A stretch of DNA of 64,000 nt from Acinetobacter phage vB_AbaM_ME3, in sequence record KU935715.1. The stretch is one strand, 5' to 3'. A program made the translations under genes and the position numbers. How positions within the stretch are numbered: position 1 is the first letter of the stretch; each line of letters begins with the position of its first letter. Of the stretch, positions 28,546 through 38,049 are shown one piece after another. A model generated the notes under the pieces. The model saw only the letters and a program-made list of their open reading frames with translations. It was not told the DNA's origin and did no database searches.

Positions 28546-29499
28546 TTACGAAGTAGAAGATTGAGCACCAGTAATAAGGTCTAATGATCCTTTAGGAATA
28601 CCAGACAAAGCACTTTCAATAATTTCTTGGAAATTAAATGTACGAATAGTTTCTGCAAATGCTACAGTTAACATAGCATCATTAATAGCTGTAATACGAG
28701 GATCTGATACACTTAATTGGCTTACTACTACATTAGCTAAATTAGCAACAGCAATTTTAACTAAAGGGCTTTGACCAACAAGTACTTGCATAGGTTCAGG
28801 AAGAGCTTTTACTAATTGCTTAGTTACTAAATCAAGAGCGATATTACCAACTTCTAATTTAGTTGCCGTAATTAAAGCTTCTTTATTTTTATCAAGAGTA
28901 GTAGATACAATAGAAGACATAAGAGTATTCTCTTTAGATGGATTAGAGGAGTTAATAGGTTCAACATGAATTAAATTGTGTATAGGATCATACACACCTT
29001 TATATTCAATAGGATTAGTGATTTTATCATAAAGATCACTTACATCATTAACTAGATCTAGTGATGTAAAAGGATAAGCTTCAGACTGAGCTCTAAAGAC
29101 TTTAAGCATGATACCAGTATCCTTCTTAAAGTCTAAATCTCTTGAAGATTTAGCTGTTTGAACACTGATTATATCGTCTTTAATAGTTAGACTAGCTCTA
29201 TCAGTATTAGAACGAGAATAACGATGTGAAAAACTTTTAACAGGATCAAATAAAGCAAGATCAATAAAACATAGGTCTCTAATATCTGTTTCAGACATAC
29301 GAGACCTATCAGTATCGTTAGGTCTTGAGTCAGTCATATCATAACAAAAATATTCGCTGTCACGTCTATAAATAACTCGACCATACTCTGTTATAACAGG
29401 AAATGGAACAGTAGAGAGATTAAAATACTGCTCTAAACTAATATTAAAAAATTTTAAAAAAATAGAGACTCTAATAATCTCACTACGATTAATTGCCAT
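28546..29499 (-). CDS. hypothetical protein (317 aa)
   Basis: ORF track. Confidence 0.55.
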   Translation of the reverse strand: MAINRSEIIRVSIFLKFFNISLEQYFNLSTVPFPVITEYGRVIYRRDSEYFCYDMTDSRPNDTDRSRMSETDIRDLCFIDLALFDPVKSFSHRYSRSNTDRASLTIKDDIISVQTAKSSRDLDFKKDTGIMLKVFRAQSEAYPFTSLDLVNDVSDLYDKITNPIEYKGVYDPIHNLIHVEPINSSNPSKENTLMSSIVSTTLDKNKEALITATKLEVGNIALDLVTKQLVKALPEPMQVLVGQSPLVKIAVANLANVVVSQLSVSDPRITAINDAMLTVAFAETIRTFNFQEIIESALSGIPKGSLDLITGAQSSTS

Positions 29500-29511
29500 T
29501 TAGATTACCTT

Positions 29512-29736
29512 CTAACAATTAAACTCTTGAAGTAATTGCTTAAATTCAGGATTAATAGAATAAGTACTAGTTTTAGAATTCCAACTAGTTACTAACGACC
29601 ACATCATATTACTATTTAATGAAGGATGTTTAATCATTATTTGATACAGTTTTAAAACTTCTAAATGCTCAGGAAGATTTCCATCACGTTTAATTTGATA
29701 ATTGATACTATCTAATACTTTACTCATGAGATTCAC
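29512..29736 (-). CDS. small protein, paralog of 38979..39197
   Basis: Shared MSKVL...I-KDG-LPEH-EVLKLY...M core. Confidence 0.55.
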   Translation of the reverse strand: MNLMSKVLDSINYQIKRDGNLPEHLEVLKLYQIMIKHPSLNSNMMWSLVTSWNSKTSTYSINPEFKQLLQEFNC

Positions 29737-29769
29737 TCTATAAATTAAAATGTGATATAACTACTACAT

Positions 29770-30078
29770 TTAGTTTTCAGAATAAAAGTAATGTAGATAA
29801 AGATGAAAACGATATGTATACGTAAGATGTCTTAATTGACAATAACATAAACTACAACCTTTCGGACCACCCATACAACCACACGGTGAAGAATAGGGTT
29901 GATCACAGGATAAGTTATGTTGGGCTTCTGAAGCTGTTTTTACACTAAATTCAATTAGTTCTTTTAAAACTTTATCTTTGTTTTCATAACGTTCAGGATT
30001 AAGTAACTCAACAGCATCTAACCAAGAAGTAACTTGTTCTTTTGAATATAGAGGAACTAAGGACATACAGGACTCCAT
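29770..30078 (-). CDS. Cys-rich hypothetical protein
   Basis: CDQPYSSPCGCMGGPKGCSLCYC. Confidence 0.5.
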   Translation of the reverse strand: MESCMSLVPLYSKEQVTSWLDAVELLNPERYENKDKVLKELIEFSVKTASEAQHNLSCDQPYSSPCGCMGGPKGCSLCYCQLRHLTYTYRFHLYLHYFYSEN

Positions 30079-30833
30079 AATTTAGCAAATTTTAAAACAT
30101 TAGGAACATTATCAGAACTTACAGGGTGAACAACAGCACATGATTTTTCACCATTTAATGTTTTATTTTCATGCCCTAAATATACTTGCATAGGGAGTTT
30201 AATAATCTTATCAAATTCTCTACGATTTACACGTATTACACATTTACGAAAAGAGTGTTCTAACCATTCATTATAAGTAACTTTAGATTTAAAATTACCA
30301 ACACCTAGTTCTTCAAATTTTAAATGAGCTCCTAATACACTATGAGCTACTAAAGTAGGTACAATAAAATCAGGGACATCGTCAAGAACAGCAATGTACA
30401 TTTTTAAATATGAAGTTGGTTTTGTTTCAATAGGTGTAGTTTTATACTGAGGATCTTCTACAAATTCACGAACAATATCAATAACTTCTTGAGGGATGTT
30501 TTTATGAATTGTTGCTCCACCATATTTATTAAATTTCAAAGTATGATTATCACAGTTAAACTCAATTACTGGTATTCGATCATAGTCTTGAGCTGCATCT
30601 AAATCAGATTGTTTATAAAGAATATAATCTGATGTATCACTTGGACGTGTATGGAAATAACGAAGTACCCAACCATTCTTACAAATGAATATTGGTTTAT
30701 CTGAAGGATTATGCTTGAAATGGATAGCTGTTCGAGAATGACCAAATATTGAATCAATTTCTTTTTCAGCTTCTCGTAATTGAGCTATTTGTTCTAGAGC
30801 TGCCTTAGCAGAAGGAATTGTTCTTTTAAGCAT
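30057..30833 (-). CDS. hypothetical protein (258 aa)
   Basis: ORF track. Confidence 0.55.
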   Translation of the reverse strand: MLKRTIPSAKAALEQIAQLREAEKEIDSIFGHSRTAIHFKHNPSDKPIFICKNGWVLRYFHTRPSDTSDYILYKQSDLDAAQDYDRIPVIEFNCDNHTLKFNKYGGATIHKNIPQEVIDIVREFVEDPQYKTTPIETKPTSYLKMYIAVLDDVPDFIVPTLVAHSVLGAHLKFEELGVGNFKSKVTYNEWLEHSFRKCVIRVNRREFDKIIKLPMQVYLGHENKTLNGEKSCAVVHPVSSDNVPNVLKFAKLWSPVCP

Positions 30834-30850
30834 TATGGGACGCTACCATT

Positions 30851-31213
30851 TTATTTACAATACTCTCTAATGATATTATCTAATTTATATTTAAACTTAA
30901 TATAATTAGGTTGAGTAACTCTTTGATAATATTTCATTAAAATTTTTCTATCACGAATAATAGAGATTCGTACATCAACATATCTTGAAAATACTATAAA
31001 TTCATCTTCAGAAGATGCCTCTACATCAATAACACATTTACTAGTATTTGAATACATAATAGCTTCATTATAGATAGATTCTATAATAGCTCTTTGCTGT
31101 CTAGCATTATTATAATGATATTGAGGGGTATTAGCATAAACTGTAAATGCAATTAAGCTTAAAAGAAAGGCTAAGAAAGTCTTTTTAACAAATATAAGCA
31201 TTAGTTTTTCCAT
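30851..31213 (-). CDS. secreted protein
   Basis: Signal peptide LAFLLSLIAFTVYA. Confidence 0.5.
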   Translation of the reverse strand: MEKLMLIFVKKTFLAFLLSLIAFTVYANTPQYHYNNARQQRAIIESIYNEAIMYSNTSKCVIDVEASSEDEFIVFSRYVDVRISIIRDRKILMKYYQRVTQPNYIKFKYKLDNIIREYCK

Positions 31214-31449
31214 TCAGCATAAATAATAGGTATCTTCTTAATTGAATACTCAGGATACACTTTTTCTTGAAACCTTCTAGCAAGTTCTTTATTACTATTA
31301 CATTGCCAAGTTCGATCTAAATATTTCAATACATTATTTTCATTATCAACAACCCAATAATGATCAATATATATTTGGAACAATCCATTCTTAGGTTTAA
31401 CTAAATCATCAATTTTATATCTAGTAACCTGGTCTGCTCGAAAAGACAT
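31201..31449 (-). CDS. hypothetical protein
   Basis: ORF track. Confidence 0.5.
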   Translation of the reverse strand: MSFRADQVTRYKIDDLVKPKNGLFQIYIDHYWVVDNENNVLKYLDRTWQCNSNKELARRFQEKVYPEYSIKKIPIIYAEWKN

Positions 31450-31451
31450 AA

Positions 31452-31673
31452 CTATTCCTTATTATGTTTAAATGGTACTAAAGTAACAGGAACGAGTCTT
31501 TCTACATATTTACCTAATGGTTCTTTATTAGCCTTGATGATTTTACTTGCAAATTGGCCAGCAAGAGTATTTAAACCATAAACTTCAATAACTCTTTCAG
31601 CTTCTTCAATTAATTTACTATTGACAACCATATTCTTAAACCTTGGAGAAAGGGTCTCCATAACGTGTATCAA
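31452..31673 (-). CDS. hypothetical protein
   Basis: ORF track. Confidence 0.45.
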   Translation of the reverse strand: MIHVMETLSPRFKNMVVNSKLIEEAERVIEVYGLNTLAGQFASKIIKANKEPLGKYVERLVPVTLVPFKHNKE

Positions 31674-31851
31674 TCCATTTGATATGATTACAAGTAGAGC
31701 ATTGATACTTACGTTTACTATACATTAAATTTCTATGTTCATCATAACATGCTCTATAATCACGATAGATCATTACATGCTGGCAAGATTTTACTTTTAA
31801 TAAAATAATAAAGAGTATAATAAAAGCAAATATTGCCATTACCACCACCAA
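31636..31851 (-). CDS. small membrane protein with a Cys cluster
   Basis: TM helix MVVVMAIFAFIILFIILL; C-x-H...C-x2-C. Confidence 0.45.
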   Translation of the reverse strand: MVVVMAIFAFIILFIILLKVKSCQHVMIYRDYRACYDEHRNLMYSKRKYQCSTCNHIKWIDTRYGDPFSKV

Positions 31852-32534
31852 TGTATCATTACACGCTCACCTTCTTTAACACCTTTGTGTTCTAACCAAA
31901 GATAAATACGAGGGTAGCGTTCATACAACTCGGAATTAAGAGTAGACTTATAGAAGTAGTTATCATTTCCTAACTCATAATCAGCCCACAATTGTCTAAC
32001 TTCATCTTCAATAAAGGTAGGACAATCAGACCACTGAGCATCGAAAAACCAAACCTTTTCTACAGATTCTTGTTCAGTAACATTACAGCTACTACCAGTT
32101 GTAGAAGTGGAGTCATTAAGGCATTTATAGAATGTATCCTTCCCTTCTTCAATTGTTGTATATTTATCTTCAATTGGAGGAGCATCTCGAAGCTCTTCTA
32201 ATAAGTGAATATTATCTTTCCAAGATTTAATGTTTTCAATTTCATCTGAAGTAATAAGAATACAATCTATTAAATATTGAACTGCTTCTTTAAATCCTTT
32301 ATTAACACATCCTGCTAGTGTCATATGAGCATTAATATGATTAACAGGATAAATCCAAACTAAAGGTTCTACATTTTCAGGTATAATAAATTCAGCATCT
32401 TTATACCCTTCGATATAACCTTTAAGATTTAAATGAATGCCATTACCTAGAGTACAAAATAAATAACTAAGAAAAGCTTTCTTTGTTTTAAAAGAAGAAC
32501 TAAACATCAGTTTATAATCTAAATAGTCCATCAT
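31839..32534 (-). CDS. hypothetical protein (231 aa)
   Basis: ORF track. Confidence 0.55.
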   Translation of the reverse strand: MMDYLDYKLMFSSSFKTKKAFLSYLFCTLGNGIHLNLKGYIEGYKDAEFIIPENVEPLVWIYPVNHINAHMTLAGCVNKGFKEAVQYLIDCILITSDEIENIKSWKDNIHLLEELRDAPPIEDKYTTIEEGKDTFYKCLNDSTSTTGSSCNVTEQESVEKVWFFDAQWSDCPTFIEDEVRQLWADYELGNDNYFYKSTLNSELYERYPRIYLWLEHKGVKEGERVMIHWWW

Positions 32535-32541
32535 GAATACC

Positions 32542-32808
32542 TTAAGGGTTATAGTAAGGACTCGTAATAATATGTGCTAAGACTCTATTATGTTGGTCTA
32601 CATCTAAGAAAGTATTAAATTTTTGATAATCACTATTACAACGAATTTTAAAATGTTCAAATAATTTTGAACCAAATTCAGTTCCAAAGATTTCATCAAA
32701 AATCATAGGAGTTGCTTTATTTTGAAATTGAATAACACGTTTTTGAACTCTTGACCATATTTGAAGATCAAGCACTTCACTGTTTGTTAAACCATAATTA
32801 TTTGACAT
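32542..32808 (-). CDS. hypothetical protein
   Basis: ORF track. Confidence 0.5.
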   Translation of the reverse strand: MSNNYGLTNSEVLDLQIWSRVQKRVIQFQNKATPMIFDEIFGTEFGSKLFEHFKIRCNSDYQKFNTFLDVDQHNRVLAHIITSPYYNP

Positions 32809-32915
32809 CTGGAATTTCCTTTATATTCAATTTCAAAATAAAACTGAATAACTAACTAAGAGCCACGCTTAAATACAGAGTTAAAGATAACTCAAAAACG
32901 GACTACGTGGATTTT

Positions 32916-32988
32916 ATAAACTATAAACTATCAACTGTAAACTATATTTAAACTGTGAACTTTGAACTGTAATCTATAAACTGTAAAT
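32916..32988. repeat. array of ~8-10 degenerate tandem heptamers (A/G)TAAACT / AACTGT(A/G)
   Basis: Read directly: ataaact ataaact atcaact gtaaact ... aactgtg aactttg aactgta ... aactgta. Confidence 0.6.
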
Positions 32989-32994
32989 GCAAGA

Positions 32995-33066
32995 TTGAGA
33001 AAATCAGATTCGAACTGATCACGGCCAGAAATTATTCTAGTGCTCTACCAACTGAGCTATTTCACA
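32995..33066 (-). tRNA. tRNA-like gene with canonical D-arm and T-arm but a 6-nt anticodon loop (possible pseudo- or noncanonical tRNA)
   Basis: Minus strand: TGTGAAA-TA-GCTC-AGTTGGTA-GAGC-A-CTAGA-ATAATT-TCTGG-CCGTG-ATCAG-TTCGAAT-CTGAT-TTTCTCA-A; no encoded CCA. Confidence 0.5.
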
Positions 33067-33191
33067 TGTGCAATGTTTTATCTATTTAGATACCAATATT
33101 CATTCATCATTTTTAAATACGTTGATGGTCGTATATCTTTATTAAGTATTTGCCTTAGTTAATTATTCAATCATAATGACTACCTAAGTAA

Positions 33192-33797
33192 TCAGTATTC
33201 GATCATTGTACTTAAATTGATTTCACTTAATGTAATATCAATTTCATTTTCTAAAAAGTCGATACGCTCTTGTAAGTTTTTAACAGTTTCTGTGATAGTC
33301 TTGGAGCTACCTGTTACAATACTTACGCCTAAAGTGTCTTGAAGTTGCTTATATACTTCTTCTTTTTGAGTAGCTTCAACATTAGATAGCTGACCTACAA
33401 TTGCTTGTTCTTGACGTTCTACTTCATTTTGAGCAGTAGATTGTTGACTTTTTAGAACACGCACATATTTCTTTTGAAGACTTAATGTTGATTTAATAGC
33501 TAGTAATTCAGTAATACTTACTTTACTTCCATTGAAATCAACTAAAGTTTCTAAATTCTTTTGAGCAATCTTAGTTTTAAGAGTACTAATTAATTTTAAG
33601 TTGCTTTCAACTGTATCAGTATCTGACTGGATATTAGTTAAAAGTTCTTGTTCGGTTTTGAAAGAACGATCTAAAGGACGTTTAGTTAAACCTTGAATAG
33701 TACTAACAAATTTACCATTAGAAAGTTTTTCATTAATAACGTTCTCAGCTTTTTTAATTAAAGTAAGAGCACGATGAATTGAAATTGTTTGAGTCAT
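33192..33797 (-). CDS. coiled-coil hypothetical protein
   Basis: ORF track; heptad-rich, charged. Confidence 0.5.
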   Translation of the reverse strand: MTQTISIHRALTLIKKAENVINEKLSNGKFVSTIQGLTKRPLDRSFKTEQELLTNIQSDTDTVESNLKLISTLKTKIAQKNLETLVDFNGSKVSITELLAIKSTLSLQKKYVRVLKSQQSTAQNEVERQEQAIVGQLSNVEATQKEEVYKQLQDTLGVSIVTGSSKTITETVKNLQERIDFLENEIDITLSEINLSTMIEY

Positions 33798-33831
33798 TTT
33801 AATATCTCATTAAAGTGTAATAATTAAAAAT

Positions 33832-33948
33832 AAATCACATAAGGATGCTAATAGAAATCAGGAACGGTACAATCTAAGAACAACATTACATATAAGGACA
33901 AAATAATGAATTTTTTTTTGAAATTCTATTAGCATCCTTATGTGATTT
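33832..33948 (-). terminator. 25-bp perfect inverted repeat with 67-nt loop, followed by a T-rich tract on the minus strand; terminator-like, 34 nt upstream of the next gene start
   Basis: aaatcacataaggatgctaatagaa (33832-33856) is the exact reverse complement of 33924-33948; then TATTTTTAATTATT on the transcribed strand. Confidence 0.4.
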
Positions 33949-34326
33949 AAAAAGGTTAAAAATATATGGAAGACAGATAGTGTGTTGTTACACCAAATGC
34001 TCTAAGGGTCTGTATATGCGTCTCTAGATACTTTATTTCCACGTTGTTTCTCTAGATTAAGTGTAAGGCTTCGCCCATCATACACGTTGCTCCAGCATAA
34101 CTTCTAGAGGTGTCGGGAGCGCAATCTAACATTCATGCCTTTACCTAACCGCCCATATTACTTTCTGCATTACATATACAACTGTACTGGTCCTTCCCCT
34201 GAGTTTCTACGTTTAGACATCTTTTGGAATTAGATACTTATTACGGATCACTCTTGCAACTCTTTAAAAGATGGCTACCTTCAGGCCAACTTCCTAACTG
34301 CCTTTCATATATTTTCAATCACACTG

Positions 34327-34554
34327 TTATTGAGTTTGTTGCCAAGAAACTACTTTAGGGTAAGTTTTTAAATCATCAAGAGCTTCATCGATAGTATTAA
34401 ATCTACATGGACATATATGACCTTTAGTAAGATTTATATACGAGTAAGTATTATCATTTTTATTTCGTAATATCATTACTTCAACAATACCATCTGTTCG
34501 TGTAATTTCTAATTTCAAAAGAATCCACCTTGATGTAATGTAACTAAGAAACAA
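34327..34554 (-). CDS. hypothetical protein
   Basis: ORF track. Confidence 0.5.
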   Translation of the reverse strand: MFLSYITSRWILLKLEITRTDGIVEVMILRNKNDNTYSYINLTKGHICPCRFNTIDEALDDLKTYPKVVSWQQTQ

Positions 34555-34620
34555 ACTATTGCAACAACAATAAGTATTATGAAGATAACTCCTAATACCA
34601 TTAAAATAGTTGAAATCATA

Positions 34621-34956
34621 TTAAACTATTTCCTTAAAACGGATCCCAATTTCATTGTAGGCTTCTATATACGTTACAGCACCATCAATTTCAAAACCAA
34701 CTGGTTTTTCTACAATTTCAGTAATGAATCGAAGAAGCGTTCTAACATCAGTAATAGTAGTTAAATAAAAACCTTTTAATGGTAAACGAACTATCCATGT
34801 ATCAATAGAAGGGCATTTTTTGATACCTTGAATTAAGGTAACATTAATATCTTCTTCAATCATATTTTTTAAATTTACTAAACTAGCATTCATAGTAAAA
34901 GGTCTAGAAACTAATTGTTCTCTACATTCTTTTAAAACTTCTAAAGCTGTTTTCAT
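34621..34956 (-). CDS. hypothetical protein, paralog of 19338..19712
   Basis: MKTALEVLKECR N-terminus and TWIVRLPLKGFY...PVGFEI core. Confidence 0.55.
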   Translation of the reverse strand: MKTALEVLKECREQLVSRPFTMNASLVNLKNMIEEDINVTLIQGIKKCPSIDTWIVRLPLKGFYLTTITDVRTLLRFITEIVEKPVGFEIDGAVTYIEAYNEIGIRFKEIV

Positions 34957-34958
34957 AG

Positions 34959-35201
34959 TTACTCTTCAATATCTTGATATGGATGTAATACGTAATCTTC
35001 TAAAAAAGAATCTATTGAGTCCCATTCAAAGAAACAACATTGGTCACCTTCAGGACAAGTTGCAAAGATTTGATTTTTATACATACGAGCAATTAAAGAT
35101 GCATTAGCTACATCAAAATCCTCATCAGGGTATTTTAAAATAATCTCTTTACATTTAGATTTAATTATTTCTTTAGAATCAGATTCTTCATATATTTTCA
35201 T
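34959..35201 (-). CDS. hypothetical Cys-containing acidic protein
   Basis: ORF track. Confidence 0.5.
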   Translation of the reverse strand: MKIYEESDSKEIIKSKCKEIILKYPDEDFDVANASLIARMYKNQIFATCPEGDQCCFFEWDSIDSFLEDYVLHPYQDIEE

Positions 35202-35452
35202 AATTAAATCTCAATTAATTTATAAAATTACATTTACTGTTGGTTCTTTCGACAACACTTTTCGGATTTTATATGAAGATCGTATCAAAGGTTCTAGCTT
35301 CGATCCTCTGTTGTCATGCACCTCTAAACATTTGTGTGGTAACCCACTCACTGAACCTTATCAGCTTGAACTCAATGTGCCACCCAGAGATTACTCTGAC
35401 CTCATTTATGTTGTAAATGTAATTTTATATTTAAATAATAAGAGCCAAGTCT

Positions 35453-35535
35453 TCACAAGAGGATGGATTCGAACCACCGACAACAGTAGGGATTTTACTG
35501 CCTACAATACTCTACCGACTGAGCTACTCTGCAAT
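35453..35535 (-). tRNA. tRNA-like element with canonical D-arm (GTAGCTCAGTCGGTAGAG) and T-arm (GGTGG-TTCGAAT-CCATC) but an expanded anticodon region and a weak acceptor stem
   Basis: Hand parse of the minus strand; GTAGG...CCTAC stem encloses a 10-nt loop; acceptor pairs at only ~4 of 7 positions. Confidence 0.4.
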
Positions 35536-36905
35536 TTCCACTCTCTTATTATTTAGATGGTAAGAATATAAGTTAGTGTTAAGACGTTGATACATTAGGT
35601 ATTACCCTAACGCCAAGAGTTGAACTTGTTAAAAACCTTCTGTAACCCAACAACTATCTTTATTACTGGACAGTAATCATCTGAGATTATTAACCTATAC
35701 CGTATTCTTACCTCTAAATAATAATTAAAAGACATCTAATAACCTAACTTCAGATAAGGGTACTTACTCGATTATCATGAGACTCTACTAAATGTCTTTT
35801 AATTATTATTTAAAAGGTGTGAGGTACAACTCTCACAATGAACCATGTAGCCATTTTGGTTAGCGTCAAGCTGTATACAGCTTAGTTTCTCTAGTCAGCC
35901 CGCTTTAGGTTGTCCCTAATTGTGTGATATCAACACTACCATTTTTCTATCTTACGATAACACCAATGATCAAGTGCTTGTGGTACTAGAAGTCATTAAG
36001 GTGAATATGCCTTTATAGATCATACCAAATCTACAGGCCCATCACTCCCTTCAAATTTTATTACGCCACATCCTGTTTGGACTTACACCGTGTTGGATGT
36101 TATTTATCGGTAGAATTTGAGCCATTAACCAGAGCGCATTTATTAACTTATACTTTCATATAAGATTAGACCTTTTAGAGTGTCCTGATTTCTCAAGCTG
36201 AACTCTATTACCATCTCATATAAGTTGTCAGACTTATACTAACTACTTTTAGAATTACTCCTAATTTCGAGTGTCTCTACTATACAAAGGATAAATCCTT
36301 CTTAGCTATTATAACCATATGAAATAGAACCTCACTTAGAATTATAATATTTAGGTAATTGAGGAAAAACATGAGAATATAAAAGCATACTGCCATAATA
36401 TACGAGCCGTTAAGCCATCAGAATCGAACTGAGTCCTCTTTTATACCTCGATGCCCTTCATTATCGAAAAAGGGCTTTGGCACAATTGTGTTGTGCATCT
36501 CGTATCACTTGAGGTAATAACTCTTGGAATCTAGCAGAGGAGCGACCTCTCTTATTTTATATACCGATTGGATTCTTGTCTCGGTTTGTGGGTCTATTAC
36601 ATGTCATCGTTTCTCAGTTGACAGTGAGGGATCTACAAAAATTGGAATAGACTGACAATGGAGGTAATCATTAATCCCCTATTACAGAGATTAATCCTAT
36701 AGAATGCCTAAGAATTTCAGTTGCAATCTTACATTCAAAAGGACTTATATCAATTAGTATATTGGACAATATGTTCTGGAGACGGATTAGGCGTCTCACT
36801 CTTTTACTAAAAATTAGTAAACGCTTTTAGCCTCGGATTAAGAGACATTCCACTACATTTTAAGCTACAGACCTCAATACTTCCAATCATACTAAATTCT
36901 ATACA

Positions 36906-37346
36906 TTATATAGAAACTGTTTTACAAACTTTTGATAAAATAACATCATCAAAAGAATTCTTTGTTATTTGTTGCCACTTAATAGAAGAGGAATTTGCAT
37001 CTCTTACATATTTAGCATCTTTTGTAAATTGTACATACCTGACTATAGCAGATTTTCTTAAAACACAACTATAAATATTATAGATCAGTAATACATCACC
37101 ATCACTAGCAAAGTCATTAGTTGATGATTGTATATGCACAATAGCAGGAACTGAGTAAACTAAAGGACGAATTTCAACAATAGCTTTAGGATTTACATAG
37201 TACTTATCTGTACTTGTTTCTCCAACTTTATACCATGACTTTTCAGCTGTCATTAATTCGATATCACTTTGTACTAATTCTGCATTAGCTTGGATTGTTG
37301 TAAATAAGGAACAAGCCATTAAAGCTAAAATATAAAAATATTTCAT
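36906..37346 (-). CDS. secreted protein
   Basis: Signal peptide MKYFYILALMACSLFTTIQANA. Confidence 0.55.
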   Translation of the reverse strand: MKYFYILALMACSLFTTIQANAELVQSDIELMTAEKSWYKVGETSTDKYYVNPKAIVEIRPLVYSVPAIVHIQSSTNDFASDGDVLLIYNIYSCVLRKSAIVRYVQFTKDAKYVRDANSSSIKWQQITKNSFDDVILSKVCKTVSI

Positions 37347-37882
37347 TATTTTAAATCCTTCTCTTCTATTAAGGTTATTCGTCTACATAATCCTTGAGAT
37401 TTATCTTTAGCATAAGTTTTAACTAATTTAAAATAAGATTTATTAGGAATCTTTGTAACTATAAATTCAAAGATTTTATTAAACCATATAGCTAAATATG
37501 CACATAAGATAAATATAAATATAATAGCTGAAAGAGTACCTACTACAAATTTAAATAAAAAACCCATTAATAAAAATGGATTAAAACTAGTTAATTCTCT
37601 TGTATCAAAGATTGTTATTGTTTTAACAGCATAAACTAAGATTACACTACATAAGAATAAATAAAGAATAGCTTTCAGTAGTGTAGAAAATAATGTACAA
37701 ACTGATCTTAAGCAACAAAGAGGAGACTTTGGGTTTTCTGGATCAAAACGAGTAACAATCCAACTTGTTAAGAAAAAGTTAGAACAAAAACAAAGAAATT
37801 TGTATGTCTTGCTATTAGCACTTAATTCAAAATTATCATTCATTATGGATGACCTCTTCCTACGATAGTTAAGAGAATCCAT
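37346..37882 (-). CDS. multi-pass membrane protein
   Basis: Several hydrophobic helices; ATGA junction. Confidence 0.55.
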   Translation of the reverse strand: MDSLNYRRKRSSIMNDNFELSANSKTYKFLCFCSNFFLTSWIVTRFDPENPKSPLCCLRSVCTLFSTLLKAILYLFLCSVILVYAVKTITIFDTRELTSFNPFLLMGFLFKFVVGTLSAIIFIFILCAYLAIWFNKIFEFIVTKIPNKSYFKLVKTYAKDKSQGLCRRITLIEEKDLK

Positions 37883-38049
37883 GCAAAGAAGCCTAAAGCA
37901 CCACTTAGTACAAAACTTGCTATAATGATAAATTTGATAACACCTAACACATCTGATTTTGTCATGGAGTTTATCCTTAAAGGGAATATATGTTTAAAGG
38001 ATAGAAAGGAAACTGGAGCGAGAATCCTTTCTATCCTTTAAACATACAC

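Noticed and set aside
35311-35556. Plus-strand 81-aa ORF
   Set aside because: It spans the minus-strand tRNA-like element (canonical D- and T-arms), so it is an RNA gene, not coding.
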